Position numbers and translations under genes: made by a program. Positions 1 to 13,110 of a stretch of DNA of 64,000 bases are shown in pieces (the first letter of the stretch is position 1; every line of letters begins with the position of its first letter). The stretch comes from Chiloscyllium plagiosum. Taxonomy: Eukaryota. The notes below the pieces were generated by a model. The model was given only the letters and a program-made list of their open reading frames with translations. It was not told the origin of the DNA and searched no databases. Location of the stretch: assembly GCF_004010195.1 (NCBI RefSeq), contig NC_057750.1:16198550-16262549 (forward strand), read 5' to 3'.

Positions 1-270
1 ACCTTGGGAAAATGTAGCTTCGTCGATTATATATAAATGTAAAATCTAGCTGAAAGACATATCAGTGTTGGGGGAAGTCATAATGTGTTGCTTGTAATTG
101 AGCTGGGGGTAGATGAGGTTGGACTAGTTTCGTGCTCAATAAAGTAATTGTGCCTTTTAGCATTTTGTTAGTTTCTGTGTTGTGAATGCAAAGGTGAGCA
201 GGCTACCACCACCCTGCACTCTGCCATCCTTATACAGTTGGTGGATACTGAGAAAGCTGTGGGGTAATCT

Positions 271-418
271 GGATTAGAGTAGTGCTGGAAAAGCACAGCA
301 GGTCAGGCAGCATCCGAAGAGCAGGAAAATCGACGTTTTGGGCAAAAGCCCTTCATCTATTCCAGCACCACTCTAATCTAGACTCTGGTTTCCAGTATCT
401 GCAGTCCTTGTTTTTACT
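271..418. mobile_element. Short Penelope-derived terminal-repeat remnant with internal inversion
   Basis: gattagagtagtgctggaa ... ttccagcaccactctaatc inverted arms; similar to the terminal repeat of the PLE at 22945-23100; truncated hammerhead remnant on - strand (GATGAAGGGCTTTTGCCCAAAACGTC). Confidence 0.7.
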
Positions 419-719
419 CTGGGATAATCTATTCTATCCTGCACTTTTCCCAGCCTGCTCAATTTTATTTATCTTTTATTCTACCTGTTTATTGAATTAC
501 CATATTGCATTAAATGCATTGATTGTGATTTGGAGCAGCATCTGTGGATCTCTGTGCAGCATTTTCTTTTCTAACATTGTGTTCTTTCTGAAAAGCGAGT
601 GTTTAATTACTCAGGCATTTGGTTACTTTGAAAGATTACAAGCATATGCTTCTTAACTCAATTGCGTCTCAGTTTCAGCCAACATCTTTTTATTTCTGTT
701 TCTCATCAGAATACTTGGG

Positions 720-1020
720 AGAGGCAGTGGTGTGGTGGCAACTGGACTAGTTATCCACACTCTAGCTAATATTGTGGGGACATGGGTTCATATCCCACGA
801 TGGCAGATGGTGGATGGTGAACTCCATTAAAAATACTTTGGAATAAAACACTAGCTTAATGGTGAACATGTGCCCCCTGTCAAGTTCACTGATGTTCTTA
901 AGGGAAATAAATCAGCTATTAGACTAACCTTTCGATAAGTCTAGACTGGCAGCTAGTTTAAATGCGCGACCAGACTCCTGAGCAATTTCAGGATGTACAA
1001 TAAACACTTACCTAGCCAGC
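720..1020 (+). mobile_element. Degenerate tRNA-derived SINE
   Basis: A-box-like ggcagtggtgtggtgg, B-box-like gggttcatatccc; 3' end (caataaac...gccagc) resembles the LINE tail at about 31250-31290. Confidence 0.5.
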
Positions 1021-1029
1021 AGTATAGCT

Positions 1030-1662
1030 GTACCACAAGACCCTCTGTGGGCAATAAAGAAAAGCATACCAAAACGCCACCTTCACTATCCTATCTACCT
1101 GAGACTCCACTTTCAAGAAACTGTGAACCTGCTTTCCAAGGTCTCTTTGTACTGCAACACTTCCCAGGACCTTACCATTAAGTGTTTTAAGTCCTGCCCT
1201 CATTTGCCTTTCCAAAATGCCACATCTCGCATTTATCTAAATTAAATTCCATCTGCCACTCCTCAGCCCATTGGCCCATCTGATCAAAATCTCATTGCAC
1301 TCAGAGGGAATCTTCTTTGCTGTCCACGACAACTCCAATTTTGGTGTCATCTATAGACTTAGTAGCTGTATCTCCTGTGTTCACATACAAATCCATTCAT
1401 GTAAATGGGATAAAACAGAGAACCCAGCACCAATCCTTGTGGTAAACCACTGGTCACAGGCCTCCAGTCCAAAAAGCAAACCTTCACCACTACTGTCTTC
1501 CATCTTCGAGCCAGTTCTGTATCCAAATGGCTAGTTTTCCCAGTATTCCATGAGATCTAACCTTTCTAACCAGTCTACCATGAGGAACCTTCTTGAACGC
1601 CTTGCTGAAGGCCATATAGATCACGCCCACCGCTCTGCCCACGTCAATCCTCTTTGTTACTT
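1030..1662 (-). mobile_element. CR1 LINE RT fragment (degenerate)
   Basis: - strand peptide LNGKVLGSVAVQRDLG..VHSFLKVESQVDRIVK; closely parallels the adjacent CR1 at about 2290-2880. Confidence 0.85.
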
Positions 1663-4098
1663 AGAATCATAAAGTCATAGAGATGTACATCATGGAAACA
1701 GACCCTTCGGTCCAACTTGTCCACGCCGACCAGATATCCCAACCTAATCTAGTCCCACCTGCCAGCACCTGGTCCATATCCCTCCAAACGGTTCCTATTT
1801 ATATACCCATCCAGATGCTTTTTAAATGTTGCAATCGTACTAGCCTCCACCACTTGCTCTGGCAGCTCATTTCATACACGCACCACCCTCTGCATGAAAA
1901 AAATTGCCCCCAGGTCTCTTTTATATCTTTCCCTTCTCACCCTAAACCTATGCCCTCTAGTTCTGGACTCCCCCACCCCAGGAAAGAGACTTTGTCTATT
2001 TATCCTATCCATGCCCCTCATTATTTTATAAACCTCCACAAGGTCACCCCTCGGCCTCCAACACTCCAGGGAACACAGCCCCAGCCTATTCAACCTCTCC
2101 CTATAGCTCAAATCCTCCAACTCTGGCAGCATCCTTGTATATCTTTTCTGATTCTTTTCAAGTTTCACAATTCCCTTTTGATAGGAAGGAGACCAGATTT
2201 GCATGCAATATTCCCACAGTGGCCTAACCAATGACCTGTACAGCCACAACATGACCTCCCAACTCCTGTGCTCAATACTCTGACCAATAAAGGAAATATA
2301 CCAAATGCCTTCTTCACTATCATATCTACCTGTGACTGCACTTTCAAGGAGTTATGAACCTGCACTCCAAGGTCTTTGTTCAGCAACGTTCTCTAGGACC
2401 TTACCATTAAGTGTATAAGTCCTGCTAAGATTTGCTTTCCCAAAATGCAGCACCTCACATTTATCTAAATTAAACTCCAGGTGCCACTCTTCAGCTCATT
2501 GGCCCATCTGATCAAGATCCTGTTGTAATCAGAGGTAGCCTTCTTTGCTGTCCACTACACCTCTAATTTTGGTGTCATCTGCAAGCTTACTGACTGTATA
2601 TACCTCCTATGTTCATATGCAAATCATTTATATAAATGACAAAGTAGTGAACCCAGCACTCATCCTTGTGGCACTCCACTGGTCACAGGCCTCCAGTCTG
2701 AAAAACAATCCACCACCACCACCCTCTGTCTTCTAGCTTTGAGCCAGGTCTGTATCCAAATGGCTAGTTCTCTCTGTATTCCATCAGATCTGACCTTGCT
2801 AACTGGTCTACCATGGGGAACCTTGTCAAATGCCTTATTGAAGTCCATATAGATCACGTCTACTGCCCTGCCCTCATCAATCCTCCTGGGGTGGGGGAGA
2901 CATAATTTCCCATGCAAAAAGCCATGTTGACTATCCCTAATCAATCCTTGCTTTTCCAAATACACACAAATCATGAGCCTCAGGATTCCTTCCAACAGGT
3001 TGCTCACCACCGATATCAGGCTTGACTTGTCTATTGTTCCTTGGCTTTTCCTTACCACCTTTCTTAAATAGTGGTACCACATAGCCAACCTCCAGTCTTC
3101 CAGCACCTCATTTGTGACTATCTATGATTCAAATATCTCAAAGGGCCCAGCAATCACTTCCCTAGCTTCCCACAGAGTTCTAGGTTATACCTGATCAGGT
3201 CCTGTAGTCCACTTTTATGCCTTTCAAGACATCCAGTAACACCACCTCTAATATGGAAATTTTTGAAGATGTCACCATCTATTTCTCCATATTCTATATC
3301 TTCTGTGTCCTTCTCCACAGTAAATATTGATGCAAAATACATGTTTAGTATTTCCTCCATCTGCAGTTCCACACATAGGCTGCCCTGCTGATCTTTGAGG
3401 GGTCCTATTGTCTCCCTAGTTATTCTTTGACCTTAATGTATTTATAAAATCCTTTTGGATTCTCCTTAATCCTATTTGCCAAAGCTATCTTATGCCCCCT
3501 ATTTTGCCCTCCTGATTTCCCTCTTAAGTATACTCCTCCTACCGTTATACTCTTCTAAAACTTCACTTACTCTATCCTGTCTATACCTGACAATGCTTCC
3601 TTTTTCTTAATCAAAACCTCAATTTCTCTAGTCATCCTGCATTCCTTACACCTACTAGCTTTACTTTTCACCTTAACAGGAATATACTGTCTTTGGATTC
3701 TCGTTATCTCATTTCTGAAGGCTTCCCATTTTTCAGTTGTCCCTTTACCTGCGAACATCAGTTCCCAATCAGCTTTTGAAAGTTCTTGCCTAATACCGTC
3801 AAAATTAGCCTTCCTCCAATTTAGAACTTCAGCTTTTAAATCCAGTCTATCCTTTTCCATCAGTATTTTAAAACTAATAGAATAATGGCCATTGGCCCCA
3901 AAGTACTCAACCACTGACATCTCAGTTACTCAGGTACATCCACATACTGAATCAGAAAATTTTCTTGTACATACTTAACAAATTCCCCTCCATCTAAACC
4001 CTTAACACTTTGGCAGTCCCAGTCTGTTTGGACAGTTAAAATCCCCTACCACAACCACCCTATTATTCTTACAGATAACTGACATCTCCTTAAAAATT

Positions 4099-4347
4099 TA
4101 TATCCCCTTCATTTACCATGCCCAAAGAACAGGAAATTACATCACCACAGGAAATGACATCACCAACCCAAGGAAACCCAAACATAAATATAGAAAGCAG
4201 GAAACACCAGCAGTGCTTCATCCGGAGGTTCACTGAAGATGTTACCGAGTAAGGTGACAAAACATCTGAAAATGAATCTTTTAGTTCAGCAAGCAAACCT
4301 ACATCTAGAACCTCAACCTGAGCTACAAATCTTCTCAAAACTTGCTG
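4099..4347 (+). mobile_element. Penelope-like terminal-repeat fragment nested in CR1
   Basis: Interrupts CR1 sequence; carries a hammerhead-like motif at 4229-4270 and ends in ctgagctacaaatcttctcaaaac, which I recognise as a PLE-type 3' end. Confidence 0.65.
4229..4270 (+). ncRNA. Degenerate type-I hammerhead ribozyme motif (PLE-associated)
   Basis: TTCA-CTGAAGA-T-GTTACC-gagtaa-GGTGAC-aAAA-C-aTC-TGAA; stem I TTCA/TGAA; core G12 and G16.2 are A. Confidence 0.6.
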
Positions 4348-5979
4348 TTTCTCAATCTCCTGCTGAAAGGCCAATTTCCCCTCTCCTCACTCGTACCCCC
4401 CACCCACCCCTCCACATTAAGCTGCCATCTTGTCCCTCCCTAAACCACATTTCTGTAATTGCTATGATATCCCAGTCCCATGTTGCTAACCATGCTCTGA
4501 GTTAATCTGCCTTCCCAGTTAGGCCTCTTGCATTGAAATAAATGCAGTTTAATTTACCTCATTCTCTGCTTTGTTCCTTCTTTCCCAGGCTGTTTGACTT
4601 GCTCCTTTTCCCAACTGTATCAGTCTTAGATTGATCTCTTTCCTCACTATCTTGCTGAAACCTGCCTCCGCCCAATCCTAAACCTTCCTAGTTTAAATCC
4701 TCCCAAGTAACTTTCGCAAATCTCCCTGCCAGTATATTAGTCCCTTTCCCCAATTCAGGTGCAATCCATCCTTCTTGTACAGATCACTTCTACCCCAGAA
4801 GAGATTTCAATGATGCAAAAATATGAATCTTTCTCCCATGCACGAAATCCTCAGCCACCCATTCATCTGCTCTCTCCTCCTATTCCTACCCTCACTAGCT
4901 CGTAGCACCAGGAGTAATCCAGATATTAGTATTCTCAAGGACCTTTTTAAATTCTGCCTAACTTTCTATATTACCCCTTCAGAATCTCCTCCTTTTCCCT
5001 TCCTCTGTTGTTGGTACTAATGTGTACAATGACCTTCTGCTGGTCCCTCTCCCATTCTGCACCCTCTGAGACATCCTTGATCTTGGCACCAGGGAGGCAA
5101 CATACCATTCTGATTTTTCACTGCTGGCCACATAAACGTCTGCCTGTTCCTCCTGACTAAAGAGTCCCCTATTACAACTGTTCGCTTGGAACCTATCGTA
5201 TCCCTCATTACATTAAAGCCTTACTCAATAGCAGAAACATGGCTGTTCGTTCCCCTGAGAGTCTGTCACCCCCTACATTTTCCAAAACAGCATACTTGTT
5301 TGAAATGGGGATAGCCACAGAAGACTCCTTCACTACCTGCCTGCCTCTCCTACCTTTTCCTGAAGTTAACCCATCTATCTGACATATCTGTAGTTTTTAT
5401 CCCTTCGTATCACTGCCATCCCTCACACTCCTGGTTCTTGTAAATTCCTCATTGCCTCGAACTGTCACTCCAACTGATCCATTTGATCTGACAGGATTCA
5501 CACCCAAGACACTTCCTGGAGATATAATCCTCAGTAACATGTAAACTCTGCCAAAATTCTCACATCTGACAAGAAGAGTATATCACTCTGATAAAGGACA
5601 TCTTTGCTTCTTCACAATCACAGACCCATAAAATAGCAGTCTTTTTGCTTCAAAAAACAAGTGCTCTGGGTTAACTTATGATTTTTATTTTTTAAAACTT
5701 AATTGAGACAGATTTCAATAAAACATAATCAAGAAAGAACCCACTCTACTCACTGCTGTATACTTGGAGCAAGGTTACACGTTAAAACTATGCATTTATT
5801 TGTTCCTGTGCTGTGAGCTGCCCCACACAGGTTCCTTCAAGATCAATTATGAATTTTGCTGTTTAAGTTTTCCTAGTCGAACTCTGATGTCCAGAGATAC
5901 ATGAATACAAACAGCAAAGGAAGTAACTGCAGATTCACTGCGTGACAGTTAGCAGTGTAGGTTCCTCGCTCTTGCTCTC

Positions 5980-6330
5980 ATCCATATTCCTCTGAACCCT
6001 TCCTATTCATATACCCAACCAGGTGCCTTTTAAATGTTGTAATTGTACCAGCTCACCACTCCCTCTGGCAGCTCGCTTCCATCTCAAAATAAGTGCCATC
6101 ATTGTGTTTACCTTCCTAACTACTCAGTCAACCTGCAAGTTAACTCTAGAGAATCTTGGACTAGAACTCCCACATCTCTGCACTTCAGACTTCTGAATTT
6201 TCTCCCTATTTAGAAAACAGTCCATGCTACTATTCTCCCTACCAACGTGCATGACCTTGTACTTACCCACGTTGTACTCCATCTGCCACTTCTTTGCCCA
6301 CTCTCTTAACCAAATCCTTCTGCAGCCTCC
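5980..6330 (-). mobile_element. Two short CR1 fragments
   Basis: CR1 3' region (ccttttaaatgttgtaattgtaccagc) and RT peptide WAKKWQMEYNVGKYKVMHVG. Confidence 0.75.
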
Positions 6331-6572
6331 CTTGAACAGCATTAGTTGTTAATTGCATTGGGATGTCGAGGGGACAAGAATGAAATGATGCAACATGCAT
6401 ATTAATTCCTATATTTATGGTTTTCTGTCACTGGAGGCTCCTCAACTGTTGGAGCTCCCTCTTGTGGCTGAACAAATGCAGCAGGGCTGGAATACCATTC
6501 TTTCCAACGGTTTTAGCCCTGGTGTTTTCCTTTGCTCAGCTAAGTGTAAGTCCAACTGTAAGCTTGTTTGAG

Positions 6573-8087
6573 AGACCATAAGACATAGTGCGGAAGTAAG
6601 GACATTCGGCCCATCGAGTCCACTCCGCCATTCAATCATGGCTGATGGGCATTTCAACTCCACTTACTCGCATTCTCCCCTAAGCTCTTAATTCCTTGTG
6701 ACATCAAGAATTTATCAATTTCTGCCTTGAAGACATTTAGCGTCCCAGCCTCCACTGCACTCTGTGGCAATGAATTCCACAGGCCCACCACTCTCTGGCT
6801 GAAGAAATGTCTCCGCATTTCTGTTCTGAATTTACCCCCTCTAATTCCACGGGTCCTAGTCTCCNNNNNNNNNNNNNNNNNNNNNNNNNNNNNNNNNNNN
6901 NNNNNNNNNNNNNNNNNNNNNNNNNNNNNNNNNNNNNNNNNNNNNNNNNNNNNNNNNNNNNNNNNNNNNNNNNNNNNNNNNNNNNNNNNNNNNNNNNNNN
7001 NNNNNNNNNNNNNNNNNNNNNNNNNNNNNNNNNNNNNNNNNNNNNNNNNNNNNNNNNNNNNNNNNNNNNNNNNNNNNNNNNNNNNNNNNNNNNNNNNNNN
7101 NNNNNNNNNNNNNNNNNNNNNNNNNNNNNNNNNNNNNNNNNNNNNNNNNNNNNNNNNNNNNNNNNNNNNNNNNNNNNNNNNNNNNNNNNNNNNNNNNNNN
7201 NNNNNNNNNNNNNNNNNNNNNNNNNNNNNNNNNNNNNNNNNNNNNNNNNNNNNNNNNNNNNNNNNNNNNNNNNNNNNNNNNNNNNNNNNNNNNNNNNNNN
7301 NNNNNNNNNNNNNNNNNNNNNNNNNNNNNNNNNNNNNNNNNNNNNNNNNNNNNNNNNNNNNNNNNNNNNNNNNNNNNNNNNNNNNNNNNNNNNNNAGCCA
7401 ATCCTCAATCCATACTAGTAGCTCACCTCGAACACCATGGGCCCTCATCTTGCTCAGCAGCCTCCCATGTGGCACCTTGTCAAAGGCCTTTTGGAAGTCT
7501 AGGTAGACCACATCCACTGGGTTTCCCTGGTCTAACCTACTTGTCACCTCTTCAAAGAACTCCAACAGGTTTGTCAGGCACGGCCTCCCCTTACTAAATC
7601 CATGTTGACTTGTTCTAATCCGACCCTGCTCTTCCAAGAATTTAGAAACCTCATTCTTAATGATGGATTCTAGAATTTTACCAACAACTGAGTTTAGGCT
7701 AATTGGCCTATAATTTTCCATCTTTTGCCTTGATCCTTTCTTGAACAAGGGGGTTACAACAGTGATTTTCCAATCATCTGGGACTTTCCCTGACTCCAGT
7801 GACTTTTGAAAGATCTCAACCAACGCCTCCGCTATTTCCTCAGCCACCTCCCTCAGAACTCTAGGATGTAACCCACCAGGGCCAGGAGATTTATCAATTT
7901 TAAGACCTTTTAGCTTTTCTAGCACTTTCTCTTTTGTAATGGCAACCATACTCAACTCAGCCCCCTGACTCCCTTTAATTGTTGGGATATTGGTCATGTC
8001 TTCCACTGTGAAGACTGACGCAAAGTACTTATTAAGTTCTCCTGCTATTTCCTTATCTCCCATCACTAGGCTTCCAGCATCAGTTCC
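6573..8087 (-). mobile_element. Young 5'-truncated CR1 LINE (ORF2 RT), spans an assembly gap
   Basis: Open frame with KSPGP..HPRVL, NYRPISL, QHGF..CLTNLLEFF, YLDFQKAFDKVPH, and after the gap FFSQRVVGLWNSLP; 3' UTR and tail to about 6573. Confidence 0.92.
6865..7395. other. Assembly gap (run of N)
   Basis: 531 consecutive n characters. Confidence 1.
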
Positions 8088-8547
8088 AGTACCCAGATCA
8101 AGCTGCTGGAGAATATGCATCCACATGTCAAGGTTCTGTTGATGTAGAATGTTGACCTTGCTTAGAATTACCCTGGATTCTGGGAGCCATTTTTCAGGTG
8201 GGGATGTTCAGCCTCGAGAAGTCTCCATGCCATAATTTCGAAGAGCAACAGTGCAAATGTCCTTAGTAAGTGACCAATGTTTGTATCTCAACCAACGTAT
8301 ATTAATATTTAAACAAATTTAACAGAATATGCAAATATTCCCTCTGTACTGTTTTGTGGGATTTTGTGAATTGGCTGTTTGTATTTCCCACATTTCAGCT
8401 CTGATCACACTTGGTCAGTGGAGCACATCAATCTGTCCTGAGCTTGTCACAGCTGATATAGTAACAATATAGATATTTCCTTCAGCGCTATTAATGTTTA
8501 ACTAGTTCAAACATAACAGCATTCCAAATCTTATTTCTGACGTTTGT

Positions 8548-9915
8548 TTGAGTATGTTTAGTAAGTTTGCAGATTACACCAAAATTTGTGGTGCAGTGGA
8601 CAGTGAAGAAGGTTATCTCAGAATACAATGGGACTTAGGCAAACAGGATGAGGTGTGGCAAATGGGTGTTAATTTAGATAAATGTGAGGTGCTGCACTTT
8701 GATCGAGCAAATCAGGGCAGGACTTATATGCTTAATCATAAGGTCCTGGGGAATGTGCTGGACAAAGAAACCTTGGAGTGCAGGTTCATAGTTCCTTGAA
8801 AGTAGAGTCACAGGTAGACAGGATGATGGTGGTGGTGTTTCGTACGCTTGCCTTTATTGGTCAGTGCATTGAGTAGAGTTTCACGATCTTGTGGCTGTTG
8901 ACTCAGTTTCAATTTCAACACGCCTTGTTTCAGCTCAGCCGATGAGAGATCTAAAGTCGACACCGCAGACCAGCCTACAAGCTACCTCTTGGTGGTCTCT
9001 CAACAAATCTGTCTCTAGTTTAAAAGCTGTATATTTTATAGCCCTCTTGCGTGAGTAGTACACATTTCCCAAGCCCTACATGATTTAATGTTGCTACATC
9101 TAGTGCTGTTCACAAGTCAAAATCAGATAAGCAAAGCAGTTAACAATGTTATATTAATTAAAAGAAAGACAGCCCAGATCAAAGACAGGGGAGAAGATTA
9201 GACAAAAACAGCTCCAAGGTTAGGTCATGACTTCTGCAATCTTTTAATTTGTGATTCCCACAGCCACTGCAACCTTTAGGCTGCCACGTCTGCAAGCCCC
9301 CAGTTCGATCTTTTGATACGTTTAACCATTGATTTCCCCAATACTTTATCACTGGCTGTTCAGGACATTGGTTAGACTATTTTTGGAATACTGTGTTCAT
9401 TCTGGCCTCCCTGCTATGGGAAAGATATTAAACTTGAAAGGGCTCAGAAGAGATTAGCAAGGATGTTGCTAGGCTCGGAGGATTTGAGCCATAGGGAGAG
9501 GCTGAATAGGCTGGGGCTGTTTTTCCCTGGAGCGTCAGGGGCTGAGGGTTAATCTTAGAGGTTTATGACATCATGAGGACATGGATGGGTGAATAGACAA
9601 GGTCTTTTCCCAAGGATGTGGGAGTCTAAAACTAGAGGACATAGTTTAAGGTGAGAGAGGAAAAATTTAAAAGGGACCAAGGGGGCATCTTTTTCACGCA
9701 GAGGCTGGTGTGTATTTTAGAATGTGCTGCCAGAGAAGGTGGTGTAGGTTGATTTAATTACAGCATTTTAAAGGCATCTGGATGGGTATAATAGGGTTTA
9801 GAGGGAAATAGGCCAAATGTTGGTAAATGGGACCAGATTAATTTAAGATATCTAGTAGGCATGGATGAATTGGACTGAAGAGTCTGCTTCCTTGCTGTAC
9901 ATCTCTGACTCTATC
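8548..9915 (+). mobile_element. 5'-truncated CR1 LINE interrupted by a solo LTR
   Basis: SKFADYTKI..WQMGVNLDKCEVLHF; resumes at about 9357; ends in ctctgactctat tail. Confidence 0.88.
8896..9351 (-). mobile_element. Solo LTR (456 bp) nested in CR1
   Basis: TG...CA termini (TGTTGA...TTATCA); 5-bp flanks GTGGC/CTGGC; removal restores the CR1 sequence; TATA-like TATAAAA on - strand near 9035. Confidence 0.65.
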
Positions 9916-9996
9916 ATCTACTTGTTTCTGAGCCTTGACCAGTTCATACTAACATGACCCTGCATGTGGGAACATATTGCTCAGGCTGTAGGAACA

Positions 9997-10119
9997 GATT
10001 ACTGCAGATGCTAGAATCTACTGAAAATAAAAATTGCTCGAGATCACAGCATGTCAGGCAGCATCCATGGAGAGACAGAGCAAACTAACATTTCAAGTCT
10101 AGATGACTCCTCAGAGCTG
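9997..10119 (-). mobile_element. Penelope-derived terminal-repeat fragment with degenerate hammerhead motif
   Basis: Same family as 62199-62579; - strand AGCT-CTGAGGA-GTCATCTAGAC-TT-GAAA-T-GTT-AGTT at 10083-10118. Confidence 0.65.
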
Positions 10120-10203
10120 GACATTCTGTGGAGCCCTATATGCTTCAATGAACTCAACTCATTCTTCTAAACTTTAGAGAATACTGGTTGTGTCTCTACA
10201 AAA

Positions 10204-10514
10204 GGGCGGCATGGTGTCCAAGTGGTTAGCACTGCAGCCTCACAGCGCCAGGGACCCGGTTTCAATTCCAACCTCTGGCGACTGTCTGTGTGGCGTTTGC
10301 ATATTCTCCACGTGTTTGTAGTTTTCCTCCGCGTACTTCGATTACCTTCCACAATTCACAGATGTGCAGGTCAGGTGGATTGGCCATGCTAAATTGCCTA
10401 TCGTGTTAGGTGCATTAATCAAAGAAAAATGGGTCTGGATGGGTTACTCTTCGGAGAGTCGGTGTGGACTTGTTGGGCAAATGGCCTGATTCCACACTGT
10501 AGGGAATCTAATCT
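10204..10514 (+). mobile_element. HE1-type V-SINE (tRNA-derived)
   Basis: gggcggcatggtg head, B-box-like ggtttcaattcc, V-domain-like core, tail ...ggaatctaatct; aligns by eye with 52958-53275. Confidence 0.85.
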
Positions 10515-10869
10515 TTTTAAAAAAAAGGTCAATCGTGCCATCTCAGAATTACTGTTGATTGGAATCATTACTTCTTCCCTAAGACACAGTGGAAAACAAG
10601 AACTATAACACTGAAACATTGTTCAGCATAAACATGGCTGAATGTAAAATTTGAGTTATATGTTTGCTTTAAAGGATGATATGCACAGATGGGTTTAGAT
10701 TTGATGCCGTTACTGGAACTATGTGTTGTCATCTGGGGGCATACTGGAACAACCAAGATTTCTTTTGCTGACCATTGACGTCACATGATTGTCTGTGCAT
10801 GCACAGATGACTCTGGACAGGTATATTGAATGGCAGCTTGGTTGGGAACATGGAATCCAAAAACTAGGT

Positions 10870-11285
10870 GAGAGAGGTGGAGAAAATTCCAGAGGTTACA
10901 GCCCAATTCTGAGATGGCACGATTGTCCTTTGTGGAGATGCAATCAGTATTCCCTAGAGTTTAGTAGAATGAGAGTTGATTTCATTGAAGCATATAAAAT
11001 TGTTAGAGGGCTCTGTAAGGATATCCAGCTGCTGTGTTGTAAAGCAGGATACAGTCTCAGAATAAGGCATAGACCATTTAGAACTGAGATGAGGAATTTC
11101 TTCACAAATAAGTGGTAATTTTTTCTCCAGTGGACTGTGGAAGTTCTGTCATTAAGCATGTTCAAAACTGAGCTATCAAAAGATTTTGTGGGGACAAGGC
11201 ATTAAGGTAGAAGATCAGCCATGATCTAGTTGAAATGACAGCAAGCTTGGCAGGCTGATTGGCTGACCGCTCCTATTTACGTATT
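10870..11285 (+). mobile_element. Old CR1 3' fragment
   Basis: YSLEFSRMRVDFIEAYKIVRG..FRTEMRNFFT. Confidence 0.75.
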
Positions 11286-12869
11286 CCATTACTAAAGCAT
11301 GGTCACCAACAGTAAATTGAAGGAAATCAGCGATTTATATGAGGCAAGAGGAGTGCAGTGATGTATGATGGCTTAGAATCTTAGTATCCATGGCTTTGCC
11401 CCTCCTGGTCTATATCGGTGGGAACGTAGATCTCCATCATATTCTTTCTCTCTTCCCTTTTCTGAAGTCAGATGTTTTAATTATCTCTTAATAAGTTGTT
11501 CTGTTTCAGGGCTATGATTCTTCCTTGCCCAACCAGTTTTTGGAGTATTCATGTAGCTCAGACAGATCATTCCATCTAATAGCAGAAAGGTGAACATTTA
11601 TTTGAAATTATGGTATAGGAGCAGGGCAAATAGGGTTAATTTATATAATCCGAACAAAACAGCCAGTATAAGCAGGCTGAGCAGCGTCTTTCTGTACTAT
11701 AGATTCCCTTTTCCTCCTCTCTCCTCCTCCCCCCGGTGATAATAGAGGCTTTTTTCAAATCACAGAATAGTTAGTTCCTAGTTTACCTATTCATCTCATG
11801 GTTTATTCCTGCTTTTTTGACGACGTCTGCAGCTAGGTTTCCAGAATTTTAAAACTTGGGAAGTTGAATCCAAAAGCAGTATTTTATCTCTGTCATTGCT
11901 GTGTTGTGGAGAGCACCAGGAGATATTCTCAAGTCTTAAAGGATTTCCTTGGAGGAAATGAGCAGCTCGAAAGCTGTAGGGTAGAATGCAGATCTTGGTT
12001 TTTAAAAAGTGTGAATTGCACATTAAAATCCCAGGGAATTTGAAAGTCATGTACTCTGTTTAGTTGAAAAAAAATCACACTGGTTTTGCTTCAACTGCAG
12101 TCTGCAAAATTTACCAGTTTAAAAAGGATGAATAATCCAAAAAACAATTCTGACTGTGCTCTATGAGCCACTCATGGTGCTGTCAATCTTGGGTTACGCT
12201 TTTTGTAAGTGCAAAACTACTGAAAATTAAACAGATGTCCTGAAATGTGAGCCAGCATTTCAGGACTTTGTGTCTCAGTAGTGTTTCATGTAAATATTTC
12301 TCATGTGGTTTTGTGTTCCCATTGCAGTGGCTTGTGTCTCATCCAAAATGTTTTACTTTTGATGCTGGGAGATTGATGTCCATCTGAACCAGCTTGTGCA
12401 CTTCCACTCCTAAGTCTGGCTTTCACTTCCTGCAAAGTTTATAGATTTGCAATAAACCAGACTTTGAGCCTGGTGCTGTGAGCAGGGAACTGGTAAATCT
12501 GTAAGCAAGCTGAATATTGGAAGATTGATTTAGCATCGCTAGTGTAACTATCATAGAGGACCATAAAGCTACCGATAATAGATCTTGACAACAATATTTT
12601 CAACATTAGACCCATACATTCTGTACCTGAAAGTGACGAGTGAGGCTATGAAATTGGAATGTTCATACTGAAGGATTTTGATGTAATTGAAAGCAGTTTT
12701 AATCTGATCAGGAGTTTGTTGAAAATTGATACCAAATTGCTGCATTGGACATCTCTCAACTCAAGTAATCCAATATTGCTTATCTGTACCAAAAATATCT
12801 GTAATTGATTATTTATTATGAGTTAGAGAAATTGCAAGAGAAAGAGACTTAATTTCTTTCACAGGATAT

Positions 12870-13110
12870 AGATGTCACTGTCTGGGCCAATATTTATCTA
12901 TTTACCTTTCTGCACTAGAGAAATCGGTGAACCATTTTCTTCAACCAGTGCAGTCGCTGTGGTACTAGTACGCCCACGGCATTGTTCAGGAGGGACTTCC
13001 AGGAATGTTGACCCAGCAACACTGAGGAAATATTTCTAAGTCAGGATAGTGTGACTTCCCATGAATCTGCTGCCCTGCACCTTCTAGGTGGTAAGGGTTG
13101 TGGGTTTAGA
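12870..13110 (-). mobile_element. 3' fragment of the LINE family at 28.7-31.3 kb
   Basis: Reverse complement resembles 31020-31290 (atatttctaagtcaggatagtg, ttcccatgaatctgctgccc). Confidence 0.6.

Larger units (their letters stand above)
1663..5960 (-). mobile_element. Near-full-length degenerate CR1 LINE (5'UTR, ORF1 with zinc-finger/SGNH-esterase remnants, ORF2 EN/RT, 3' tail)
   Basis: VVIGDSLVR esterase motif (ORF 5017-5208); LNWRKANF (3567-3920); YMDFNKAFDKVPH and SGVPQG (2660-3106); LYRSLVRPLWEYC..WSP (1872-2252); tctatga-type tail at about 1663-1682. Multiple frameshifts; PLE insertion at about 4099-4347. Confidence 0.9.

Noticed and set aside
6727..7506. Several long ORFs
   Set aside because: They run through the N gap.
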